Translations under genes and position numbers: made by a program
NCBI GenBank assembly: GCA_965285935.1
Contig: OZ260662.1
Location: forward strand, 99,138,001-99,202,000
Source of the DNA: Ophelia neglecta
Lineage: Eukaryota
Direction of reading: 5' to 3'
DNA: 64,000 nucleotides
The notes under the pieces: model-generated
The model's database searches: none
What the model was told of the DNA's origin: nothing
Seen by the model: the letters and a program-made list of their open reading frames with translations, nothing else
In this document: positions 35,752 through 47,874 of the stretch, in pieces
Position numbering within the stretch: position 1 is the first letter of the stretch
Layout of the letters: each line of letters starts with the position of its first letter

Positions 35752-38275
35752 TTTTCCAGACAATATTACAAAGTAGTGTATCCAGCTTTCACACCTTTTG
35801 GTGTTCGTTGAATTTGGAACTGGTAAAGCGGCTTGGCGCGCCTGTGCTTTCACACTTCGTTCTTAGCTTTTCAGCGGGAAAGTTATTGGGGCGCCCTGCC
35901 AGTATTTGTTCCAATCGAGTCCTTAATTTCACATTCGCTGAATGCATTTAAATTAAGTCCCCCGCATATGAACAGCAAGCCTCGTGGTTGAATACGACAT
36001 AACCAATGACACGTTGTGTCGTTTAGTCTTTCCAATGTGAATATCAGGGGACATCCTTTAGGTGAAAGTGTGTGGAGGCTTTCTAACTTGTAAATGTTCC
36101 TGCATTTATTGACTGGGCTGAAGGTCCAAAGTGATAGTTAACATGAAATAGATATATTTCAAACACTAAAAAGAAATGTGTGAATATATAACGCTTTATT
36201 GAGCTGATTAAGTGACATGCTATGATGTATTTAGTAATTGCCATCCGTATTATATCAGAAAGATCAAGTAGGTGTCGACTTTAGAAGGACTAAAGCAAGG
36301 TCATTGAGCACCCGTCGTGCGAATAAATGTATAAGGAATTTGAATAACCTATGTATAGTGTGCACCTATTACACGTATATTTAACATAGATGACAGCATC
36401 TGTGAAAAAACGGTAAGCATGTCGGTTCTTTCGGTTTATGAACTTATTATGTTTTTGGATGTGTAATACCGCTATTTTGCACAGTGCAGAACAAAAAGGC
36501 AGCAACTTAACATAATTAAGGTTATGCAGCAGACTGTGAAGCAATCCAAGGGAGCACAGATGCATAGTTGTAATCATTTTTACCATACACAAAACAATAA
36601 ACGACAATCGGCTGAAGCCTAAATGACTGACTAACTCCTTATTAATTCAAATGAGAAGGGAAAAAATCACCATGCAATTTGTGCGTAAAGCATGGCTTTA
36701 TACAAGGAAGTGATATCAAGACACCACCAGGGTATCTCATCACTAAATGTGACGTATATTGTAGGTTGAATGGGGGGGGGGGCACTATAATAAATACTTA
36801 AATCGGTCCTCAGTATACAGTTATGCTCGCGACAGGCCGGTCCGATATTGGGGTAATATTGCAGTAATGTCCCAATAGTGTTGCAATATTGTTGAGACTT
36901 ATTCTCGACCGTTTTCCGACATTTGTCGGCGAAGCCGCGACACGGCCGCAATGTTATTGCAACATGATCGCAACATGGGTCGTAATATGTGCCGACAGTG
37001 GCCTGCAGTTCTAGGCAGGTAATCAGTATACCAAAATTACTACGCGGCTGTCTCAGAGACGTCCTGTAAAAATTGTGACACTTGGGATTGAACGTTATTG
37101 ATTGATCCTTGGATTTTGGTGCAGCCCGGCAAAATATTTTTCTGCTACTTAATTACCTCATGTTAGCGAGAAGTTTTCCTTGGTATTTTCTACTACATGT
37201 AGTTTTCTACAGTCATAGTTTTTCATAACCAGTGCCATGGTCTACGGCAGGTAATTAAATATCTACCTGTACATGTATATCGACAGTAATTAATGCCCGT
37301 TCACGCAATATGGTGAAGATTGTAATGTACCCAGCCTTTTTATTGACGTATGCTTCACATGCTTTGAAGCAGGATGCATAGGCATATATTGCTTATAATT
37401 TAATCATTCAGAATTAGAGGTACGCTTTGTAGCTTATGTCAAAAAACAATTGGAATTAAAAAGGTTAACACAATGATCCGCATTATATATGTACAAATGA
37501 ATAAAGTAGAAAATTGTTTTACTAATGTCCGACACCTTTACTTACGTCTGATATCAAGCATTCAATCCAGAACATTGTGGTGACAAATAGGCCCCCAGCA
37601 TGGTCTAGTCTCAGACTAACCATTTTCCCGCTCAAACTAGCCAGAAAGCATGTAAAATATTCTCTACGTCGTCCCTAAAAACTTAAATTAATTGAAGTGA
37701 TGTCTCGCAATTATACATGTATCTAGCTGGTACTAAAAGTATTCCTGTAAGTTGCCGTATGCTGTAACCAAGCACTCCATTAATCCGGTCATGGGCAGAT
37801 CATCACATGAAAGGCAGCTTGCTGAATGGACTGTTTATGTAAGCAATCGGTGCGCACACAAAGTGCTTGAAACATCAAGGGGTTGTCAGCCTGAGAAACA
37901 CCCATCAAACACACGACGATTGACAGAAGTGTGGACAACAAAGCTGATAAGCTGCGGGGCAGCCGAGGCTTCCCCGGCTCCTCGGACGCCGCGGGGTCTC
38001 CGTAGCTTATGTCACAGAAACACATTTTGAATTCGAAGGAGTGAATAAAATACTTGTTTATTTTTAACAGAAAAATCGGCATTTCATATACAATACTGAC
38101 GTCTGATAGCACTTCTACAATCATAGTAATCCAGAACATGTAAAACATGAAATTACATTACAGATGTACATGTAAAGTTACTCGTGTCATCCATATGTGC
38201 CATAAAGTGTCAATTTCACTGGTATTCAGCCTTATAACCTTATATGATTATAGTAAAGTGTCAATTTCACTAGTC

Positions 38276-38941
38276 CTAATTAGCAGCTTTCTTCAGGTCT
38301 AGCCTGTAGTGGCGATTAATATCGTCGATAGCCGTCCTGACGAATTTCAGAGCCTCCTTTTGAGATTGCACACTAAAGGTGCGCTTGTAGCAATCTACAA
38401 TGGCGTTGAACCTTCTTTTCTGGGGGGAGATGGACGGGCGACCTCTGCCCATCACATTACGGTCTGCAGCCCGCTCGGCACAGGAGTACATAGAGCGGGC
38501 CAGCTGCGACACGAAGACCCGGGCAGTGCAGTGATCCAAGATGAGCTTCCTCACTAGATCCGGATCTGCCTCGTAGTTTGGCTGAAAGACGTCCTGTTCA
38601 TTTACACATCGTGCGTCCTCGGGCCGGACAGGTCTGGAGGGCTGATGGGCGGCCTGGGCCGGCGCAGGGGGCTGGACGTGGGGAAGTGCCTCGGGCTGTC
38701 CCCCCTGTACCGGCAGTGGTTGGGGGGGAACCTCGATGTCGCGTGCCCGGAGAGCCGCACGCAGGCGCTGGATCTCCTGTTGTTGGTTTGCCACGGTCTG
38801 CTCCAGCAGATCGACACGGGCCATCTTCCTCTCCAGAAGATCCAGCCTTTCTGAGGTATTGGGCATCTGCTGCTGTTTTCTGGTGGGAAGGGGGATGTCA
38901 GGGAGGGAATCCTCATCGTCGGTCACGACACGTCCATTTGC
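38276..38941 (-). CDS. Coiled-coil plus BEN-domain terminal exon, probably transposon-derived
   Basis: GC-rich open exon after a ttttttttgtagcag acceptor; VFVSQLARSMYS..ER..NVMGRGRPSISP..FNAIV..F..VRTAIDDINR fits the BEN helical pattern. Confidence 0.65.
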   Translation of the reverse strand, partial: ANGRVVTDDEDSLPDIPLPTRKQQQMPNTSERLDLLERKMARVDLLEQTVANQQQEIQRLRAALRARDIEVPPQPLPVQGGQPEALPHVQPPAPAQAAHQPSRPVRPEDARCVNEQDVFQPNYEADPDLVRKLILDHCTARVFVSQLARSMYSCAERAADRNVMGRGRPSISPQKRRFNAIVDCYKRTFSVQSQKEALKFVRTAIDDINRHYRLDLKKAAN

Positions 38942-41931
38942 CTGCTACAAAAAAAAATAGAGAAGAGAAACTTAGTCACTGCTCTGTTTGTCAATACATA
39001 CATGTATTTGTTGTTTTATGATATAGTGTAGTGTAGGTTTAAGTGCAATGTAAATGTACAATGTAACGTAATGATTATTATGTAAGCCTTTTAAATGTGA
39101 CATTCTCACACTTATTACCTGATAGAAAAACAAACAAAATGCGGGCATCTTCGCAAAAATAAGGTGTTGTGCAATTAAAAGAACATGTATTAATTCTAAT
39201 CAGTGCTAATTACCTGAGGCTATGAGGGAGGGGATCAAGTAACCTGCGAGCTTTCATTAGCTTCTTAGCTTTTTTCCTTCTCAACTTAGACTTACTATCT
39301 CTGTACATGGAAACGACTTCATGATTTATTGTGCCTTACAAATATCACTACATGGACCTATTTGAACAAAATGCCACAATCTGCCCCGTGGCCTTGTCTT
39401 TTATTTATAATGAGTAAAACTTGCTTCGAGTATTCGTACATATCTGAAGTCGCGTATAAGGAATTCTTGTGTTCTATGTTCAGTTTATATAATACTTCGC
39501 TTATTTATGCAAGATGAAATCATTGTATGAATACACTTGTTATGGGCCCGTCTGCTAACGGTTTTGACATCTTTTTGATGCGCTAAACAGAAGCATGGGG
39601 CATTTACATCAAGCATCTTCGGCGTTCATTCCTGACTCTCCAGTCCCCTGCCGTCTATTATCTGGCTGCCCGCCTACACATTTCTATCACTATATCTCTG
39701 GCCCCTTATCGGCCGCCTTATTCATTTCATGACTCGTTCTCACACACTGTTTTCTCGTTTAATATACTGTAAGAATCCGAAACTTACTTCCTTCTTCTCT
39801 TCTACTTCATAATGACAGAAGGTATCTCAATTCAGAGGTCCGAGTTCGGACTTAGTAGGTGCCACACTTGTTATTCATTAACAAAATATGATATATCATA
39901 TTGCATTTAAAATAGCATCTAATTTAATAACATTATGTAATTTACAATTATGTAAAGTTGTAATGAGCCCATCATACAAGGACGTGTACTATCGACAGAG
40001 TTATGCCGATAAGTGTATGCGTTTGAGAGATAATATGGCCATGTCAATGCTGCTTTTTTTTCTTTCCATTAATGTACAAGCCTTTAGGACAATAAAAGCA
40101 ACATTGTATTTTATTAATTGAACTATCTGGAATTATACTTTGTCAAACATGGTCAATACAGCGTCACTACCCCTGCACCAAGTGTCGTGATTAAAGGTCC
40201 ATTTAGTCACTTTTGCTAATTACCTATTCTGCTCAGAATTCAGACAATGCCTAAGGGAACTTTCTCATTAATAATTATGAAATAAATAATTTCACTTCCA
40301 GGTGCACTATCAATATCATCGCATGTTGCTATTGTCGTCCTCATATTTATCGTTGCTTTACCTCCGAAAATAATCGCTTTCAAACAGACGGCAGAGTAGT
40401 ACCAAATATAAATATTGCACTCGATTGCAATATGTAACCGTCTATTCGACAAGCCCTTCCTGCTGTACATCTTAGGTCCCCATTTTGGCAAATATCTATA
40501 TGTCTTACCTCCATGAATAATCTCTGCGTGAATCCACTGTAATCATCTCGCAAGTTGTCAGAGGCATCCTTGGCACGACCTTTTCATCCAACAAAAGACA
40601 TAATTTCTTACAAAAGTTGGCTTATCCCAATTGATCAAGGTAACTCTAGCTGTCTAATGAACGTACCATCTCAAGATGAGAGTGTCTTGAAACAAACTAC
40701 GTGGATATATATTGTCATAAACAAATAAAATACTGAACAGCACCAAAGTCAGCTAAGCCAGTTATTTGGCAATGAATCCTTCCGCGTTCTAGCATACTAG
40801 TTAAAATGGCGCTAAGCAGTGTATAACTAACAACAAAAGAATGTTGATAGTTTTCTTACTTAAATCGTCACACGCCAGTTAATAAAGCAACAATATCACT
40901 CATGCGATGAAAGGACAGAAATGTAATCGTATTAACTTTTGAATTATGCCGACAGCGGGTTATAAATTACTTTAAAACCGACTGCTGAGATATTGCTATT
41001 TTGTAAATATTAGATAACGATCTAGCTTTTTGGGTGTTCTGTTAACGGTGGTTGTCTGTCAAATGTGGCGTCCGGGCCAAAATGTACGTGTTTAGCATAT
41101 CGGTTGGGTAGCTTTTTAAACCGATACATTATGCCGAGTCACTCTGTAAACATGTTAAGCGAGCAGCAAGGAAGTATAATATTACATGTAGGGCTCCCTT
41201 ATTAAATATTGTCGTATTTTTTTGCTTAGGACCCGGTCACTAACGGACCTGGTGCATTTTACACAACTGAAATTTAATTGACTTTGTAAAACTGAACTTG
41301 CGTATCTTTCTATATTACATTACGCATGTACAGTCACAGCGAAACAGAGAAGTCAACTATTACTGTTGGTTGAACAACTTTCGGAATTAAGTGCTTTCTT
41401 ACTGGCCCAATAAATCTCAGTAGAATTCTCCATATTGACAATCATTGTGCTATCGTGGCTCAAGTAAAAAAAAGCAGACATCATCTGAATATACGGGAAC
41501 CTAAGTACTCCCATATTCCCGATCCCTTACAGATTACTAAGTATTCGACAGCTATAAGTGCCACTGGTATATCATAAGGAGCATAACTCGAATTCAGCCT
41601 AGCGGGCGGATCGACGTTTTTACAGTAACATTTGTGAGCATAGAACGCAAAAAACAAGCATGAATGGCAGATCATCTGTGAACCTGTATACTATCATGTT
41701 TTAAACTAGGTTTGTCCCCGGATGCGCCATACTAATTCCGGACTGGGGAACTAAGGTCAAAAGGATTAAAGTTGCAACGAAGGTGACCTCCCTATGATGT
41801 GACGCTGGCGAGGCGTGTCGTTCCACGTGCTCCGACGCGCTTTGCTAGAGTTGCACTGCCTCGTAATCGTTTCTATATATGATATCCTTTGTTGCCGGCA
41901 CATATATTCTAGCTGTTTATAAATTCTAGTT

Positions 41932-44900
41932 TTTTTTTTTTTTGTTTTTTTTTACAAAAAGTTTATTCATATTACATATTCAATTACAAATATGGACATG
42001 TCCAATTGTTAAAAGAATAGTATTCCCCCAATATAACAATATAGTACATATATATAGTGATATCTCAGTATCATGCTATTGTGAATCCAGCCCATTTGTT
42101 GACATGCCCTGCATTCTGCTTTTCAGTTGTTGACATTAACACTTCTATTTCCCTTTGATGCATAATTACTCTTTTGTAGGCCTCAAAATTAGGAAAGGCG
42201 TCTTTTAGTCTACAGGTATACAGATACATCCTGGCTAAACAAGAAAGAGTAAAAAACAAACTCTCATCTCATCCAAAGAAAATGTCTTCTACATTTAGCT
42301 TTTCTTTAAATACTCGTTTCTCACATTCCTTCCAAAAACCCTGTACAACAATACACTCCCAATACATATGATGTAGATCCTCAACCTCCTCATTACAGAA
42401 GGTGCACATATCATGCTCCTTTAAACCCCATTTGAACAACCAATAATTATTTACTAAAATGTCATGAAGGAATTTATACTGGAACTCTCTTAATCTGGTG
42501 TCTGCAAGTCCAGTATATATTCGTTTGAAGACTTGCGATAAACAAATCCTTCCTTGGCTTTCACATACTTTGTAATTCTTGGCGCATAATCTTTGTTTAT
42601 ACCGTTTCTATCAAATATTTCAGCATATACCTCTTTTGTTGTTACACACTCTAAAGGAACCTGGTTAATCAAAAATTTGGTATCCTTCGTTTCGTAGCTT
42701 AATGCTTCTTTATATACAATGTCAGATTTGCTAACCGCATCTACAATACCCATCCAGTGCAACCAATTTTTACTGTCTAAGCCATATTTCTGTACCAGGT
42801 CGCAAAAGGTGATTACACACATCCCATACATATCTGATTCCTACATCATAGAGTTGTTTATAAAATATTATTTTGCCATCTACCAGGATATATCTATTGT
42901 AAAACAAACAGAATTTCCTAGGAATATTTGTGTTCCCATATCTGAACCATCATGCTAACATACATGCGTAAAATTTGGGCACCTTTCCTTCTAAAAGAAA
43001 GTCTTTACAATCATAATTTGAGCATAAAAGAGCATACAGATTCACATTGCACGATTTCATATAATAATCTAAAAAGTATCTCCATGTGCTTTGTTCTTCA
43101 ATAATCATTCTTTTGAGCCACTTTATATGAGAACACTCAACCATACTTTTAAAGCAAGGAACATTTAGCCCTCCATGTTCCTTCTTTCTCACTAGCACCT
43201 CTTTTTTCAATTTCGGCCTTTTACCAAACCAAATGAAGTCAGAAATTAAGTTTTGCACCATCTGTATATACGTCTCGGGCATGTACAGAGCTTGCGTAGT
43301 GTACAGAAACTGCGATACAATAAAAGCTCTCAATACAATAACTCGACCTATCATGGTCAAACCTCTACCTTTCCACTCATTCAGTATATTCTTACATTTG
43401 TCAATTTTCTTTTGATAATTCAAGTCATTATTTTGTTCTCCATTATAAGAAAAGTAAATGCCCAGCACTTTTAGCGGCCTAACTGGCCAATATATACCGA
43501 GAGGTTTCTCGTTGCTACCTCTAGATGACACCAACCAGATAGCCTCCGTTTTGTCCCGATTTAATCTGAGACCCGAGTGTTGACCATACCTCGCTGATTG
43601 AACATCTCGCACCATACCATTTTTGTCGTCAGCGTACTGCAGTAACTTTACTTCAGAGCCCCCCACTTCTATACCCACAATTCTTGGATTTTGTCTGATG
43701 CTACAGGCAAGGATTTCTGCTACCAGCACAAACAGGTAGGGCGATAAGGGGTCACCCTGTCTCACCCCTCTACCCAAAGAAAAATAGCTCGACATGTGCC
43801 CGTTATTGATGACACAGCTCATAGCATCTGTATAGAACAGATCAACCCACCCTTTAAGTGACCTGCCGAAATTATATTTTTCCAATGTTACCCTCAAAAA
43901 CAACCAATCCACCGAGTCGAAAGCCTTTTCAAAATCGATACTGAGTAAAATCCCTGGAATATTCACTGCTTTTGTATAGAATAATATGTCTGATATTGAC
44001 CTTATATTGCTTGAGATATGCCTGTCCTTAACGTAGCCAACTTGATTGTTGTGGATGAGTTTGGGAAGTTTGGATTTTATTCTTTCGGCTATGGCTTTGG
44101 ATGCTATCTTAAAATCTACATTAAGCATGGAGATCGGCCGCCAATTCTTTAACAGAGTCCTGTCTTTCCCTTTATCTATTAGTGTAATGACAGCTTGCCG
44201 CTGAGAGGTCGATAACTTTCAAAGCCGGTATGCAGTGTTAACTGATTATAACAGGGGTATGCCGACTAAATCCCAAAATTGTTGATAAAATTCTAAAGTG
44301 AGACCGTCGTTACCAGGGGATTTGTCTCTCTGAAAAGTTCCCAAAATCCGTTTTAGCTCCTCAAGTGAAAGCAAACCGTCGCAACTTTTACTCTCTTCAT
44401 CTGATAAACTACAGTTTGTTATTGTTTTCAGATAGTTATTGACCTGGTCCTTACTTTTTAACCGGCGGTTTTCATACAATTTTTTATAGTACTTTTGTTG
44501 CATATTCAGTATTTCCCCTTGATTAGTAGTACACGTCCCATCCTCCCGTTTTAGCTTGTTCATGTTTGTTTTTACCCGATTTCTAGATATTAAGCGCATG
44601 AAATAACTATAACTCCGCTCTCCTTGTTCTACCCACTTGCTCCTGGATCTTACGATTAACCCTTTGGTTTTGTAATCTTCTATTTTACTCAATTCATTTT
44701 CTATCGCTTCCTTCTCCTGGAAAAGCTTCTCCACCCGGCAGAAATCTTGGCAGCTATCTAACTGATTACTGACCTCCTGGAGTTTCACCTCCAGTTCTTT
44801 GGATTTTGTAACTCGACACCTAGCTTGATTTTTTCCAAAGAAAAATATCTTACTTTAAACTTTAAATACTACCACGCCATCCTCTTATCTCCAAACACAT

Positions 44901-46506
44901 TGCTCTCCTCTTTCCACTTAATAAATTCTTTACCTAGACTAGTGACATAGTCTAGATCATCCAGGAAAGAGTTGTTCATTTTCCAATATGCCCTACCCCT
45001 AGTGTGTTTTGATCCCTTTATATCCACTCTTATTGCGGAGTGGTCACTTTTGATGGAGGGAACTACATCAACCTTTTCGACCATGTCACACAGTGTTGCT
45101 GACAAAAGCCAAAGGTCCAGCCGACTGTGGATTTGAGGCGACCTTTGACGCCAGGTAAACCGCCTAACCTCGGGGTTCAACCATCTCCATACATCCTTTA
45201 ATTCGAATAGTGACATGATATCCTGTATCGTTCTCACAATATCAACATAATTTTGGGTAGTTTGCATATTACCCCCTTTCCTATCTAATGTAGGATCTAA
45301 TATTGTATTAAAATCCCCACCTAAGATGATATTTGTCAATATGTCAGAGGAATCTCTCATAGATATGTATAGGTCTTTAAAAAATTGCAGTCTAGACTTT
45401 TCTTCATTTGGGCCATAGATATTGTAAATAGTCATCCCCGTGTCCTGTATATTACAAAGAATAGCTTGCTTCCTCCCCCATTCGTCTGCTTCTATTTTAT
45501 CAATTTTAATATCTAACCCTGGTTTAATTAGTATCATGACTCCTCTTGCCATGGATGTTCCATGGGAATAATAGACTTTTCCCCCCCATTGATTCTGCCA
45601 TATTGCCTCATCGGCCTTAGTACTATGCGCTTCTTGTAACAAACATACATCCGCCTGTTTATCACGTATAAATTGATACACTAATTTTCTTTTAAGTTCA
45701 TCTCTAATACCCCTGACATTAAAGGACATACATCTTACATTGCATGTCACATGACTTCCTGTAGTAGGTTCCATTGTTTCCACCCAGGTTGGTTTATATA
45801 ATAACCTGTCATATATTGGAACACTACATATAATATAAGGATTACTACTATGATCATATTCAAAACGTGCATAATAATCACTCGATTTAGATGTATTGTC
45901 ATTGTAATAGTCATTTGATCCTATACGCTTTTCAGCTGGTTTCAAACTGCGCCGTGAACTGAGTGAGTCAGGCTCGGCTGCTGCCGGCCTTCCGTTGCGC
46001 CGTTGCTCCCACTTTCGGCACGTTATACCCCGTAGCCAGAAGCCCCTTTTTAAGACTTTATCTACTTGTTCTACTGGTACAAAGATCCTGCAGCCGACTA
46101 CCATGTCATTAAATCGCTCAGCATGGATGATGACGACAACTCGTGGGAGGCTAAGATTAGCAAGAGGACTCTACGAAATTTACGCCGTGCCGAGCGGCCA
46201 GAAAAGACAAGCCCCAGTCCTGCGTCCAACCTACGGGGCAGAAACCCTTCGGCCCCTCCGCCCCCCGTCAAACCTCTCCGAGGCCGACAACGGGTGGAGG
46301 GAACGAGCATATATGTCCAGGACATAGTCATTGATCTGGATGAGGAGGATACAGCTATCGTGCGGGGAATTCGGGCCTATGCTCAGGCCCACGGACTGAC
46401 AGTTATGTCATGCAGGGTGGTCAGAAACAGATTTAATGACATGGTAGTCGGCTGCAGGATCTTTGTACCAGTAGAACAAGTAGATAAAGTCTTAGAAAGG
46501 GGCTTC
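41932..46506 (-). mobile_element. L1/Tx1-clade LINE, 5' truncated and inverted, poly(A) tail, 12-bp TSD
   Basis: EN FNVRG/LQEAH/GDFN/SDH, RT RQGDPLSPYLF/QYADD, C-terminal CTFC..H..WEC; polyT 41930-41953; TSD taaattc(t/g)agtt at 41920-41931 and 46507-46518. Confidence 0.93.
42071..45774 (-). pseudogene. L1/Tx1 ORF2 (EN-RT-zinc finger), frameshifted
   Basis: Fragments 44869-45774, 44246-44788, 42950-44128, 42490-42831, 42071-42259. Confidence 0.88.
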
Positions 46507-46507
46507 T
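46116..46507 (+). mobile_element. Inverted ORF1 segment of the L1/Tx1 element
   Basis: Plus-strand reading SIYVQDI...RFNDMVVGCRIFVPVEQVDKVLERGF overlaps the minus-strand continuation through a 78-bp inverted repeat. Confidence 0.85.
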
Positions 46508-47671
46508 AAATTCGAGTTGGAAATAATTCTTATAGCTACGCCTTCATCATATTATATAAGAGCTACATCTCCTTCTGTCAATATACTAAAGGGTAAACAC
46601 AAAAACTGTCTTCTTTAATATGCCTATTCAAACACAAGTTTAATGGGCTTATGTTGTACAAATTTGTCTTTAGGATTGAAATCTTTATATTTTAATTACA
46701 GCATGTCTTTATGTGTCTTTTTGCGAACTTACAAATAAATAACGCAAATATTTACCGAAGCCGAACGAATAACATGCCATCTTTCACTTCTGGTACAAGT
46801 GCGTATATTCGCACTGGTTGTACCTAATCCATAGCCTACATAAGTGGGGTAGCAGGTGCCTCGCATACATGTGAGAGTTAGTGGAAAAGGAAAATAATCA
46901 TTTGTTCTCCGAAATAAACCCCTCTCATTGATTGGAAATAATCTTCAGCCAAAAGACGTCAACCAATCGTAATGAAAGTTTCTATTGAAAGTGGGGGGAA
47001 CTATATATAGTCCGAAATGTGTAGACGTACTCTCACTTTGTATAATAGATATTACTTTCTAGTAGTTCAATTAGTCCCAATGGCGAAAGGTACACAATAT
47101 TGTCTGATGGCGTTACCTTGTTTAAAAAGCTATATCTCAATGTTCATACGTTCACTATTTATATAATTCCTTATCCATATTAAAATGATTTAATCACTAT
47201 CATCTAATGATAAAACATCATAGCACCTCAATTGAACTAAACAGAATCAAAATCATTTCAACATATGTAATAATAGCCGAGTATTACTGTAACACGTCCG
47301 GTTTACATAAAGGGTTGGTATCTCACAATCTCTTTTGAATAAACTTTGAATAAAGCAAGATCAACTCAACATCTATAGGTTTGTTCTTCACATTTATGAA
47401 AACCTTAACAGTGAGAACAGTCATTTTATGATTGATATAACCGTTACGTAAAGCGCTGTTAGCAATATAAATATTTAATCTTAATCAATGAACATATTAT
47501 GTTTATCAGTAGAACATAAAACACATATTAATCATTGTTTCCGGATCTAATTGATTAATACTTCTTTCTATTTGTCTTCAAATAGGCCTGATGGGCGACA
47601 ACAATATGTGAAAAAAAAACATTTCCCTTTTAAAAAGAAAGTCATTCAAGGAAAAACGACAAGTCAACCAT

Positions 47672-47874
47672 TTAAGGAGCCAAAGTTGTTGCTATAGCAC
47701 AGGATGGTTTATCGGAACAAGGTTGATCAGGATCAGGATCCGGAAGGAGGTCACCTGCGCACGGTGTGGAGCCATAGTGAGTAGTGCCTCCGCACCATAT
47801 GTATTGCGTACACTCACTTGGGTGTGGAAGGTATGTACTACCCGAACGTGTCACCCCATTACATGTGTTCAGAT
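47672..47874 (-). CDS. Gene C terminal CBM14 exon
   Basis: [26 protein letters not shown] then TAA. Confidence 0.8.

Larger units (their letters stand above)
30700..35865 (-). mobile_element. Full-length inactivated non-LTR retrotransposon (ORF1 + APE endonuclease + RT; RTE-X/CR1-group-like), (CTA)n tail
   Basis: ORF1, EN motifs YNC/LQEH/GDFN/IDH/SDH, RT motifs KAFD/KQG/LADD; AATAAA then (CTA)n at 30700-30722; absent from the paralogous site in C. Confidence 0.92.
27108..39615 (+). repeat. Segmental duplication of the gene B 5' half, paired with ~56298-63882, interrupted by insertions
   Basis: Introns and upstream DNA align at high identity, e.g. 35866-36816 with 61170-62185 and 39216-39615 with 63135-63882. 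Confidence 0.92.
41706..47049 (-). mobile_element. Possible non-autonomous Helitron (~0.75 kb without the nested LINE)
   Basis: Minus strand A|TCTATTATACAAAGTGAG at 47049 and CTAG|T at 41706 with an imperfect ccgga/tccgg hairpin at 41718-41741. Confidence 0.35.

Noticed and set aside
38309-39021. Several overlapping plus-strand ORFs
   Set aside because: By-products of high GC opposite the BEN exon
40505-40520. ATGGAG|gtaaga as the first exon of gene B (also ATGCTTGAT|gtaaat near 39607)
   Set aside because: Phase fits but too short to distinguish from chance; no paralog support in the window
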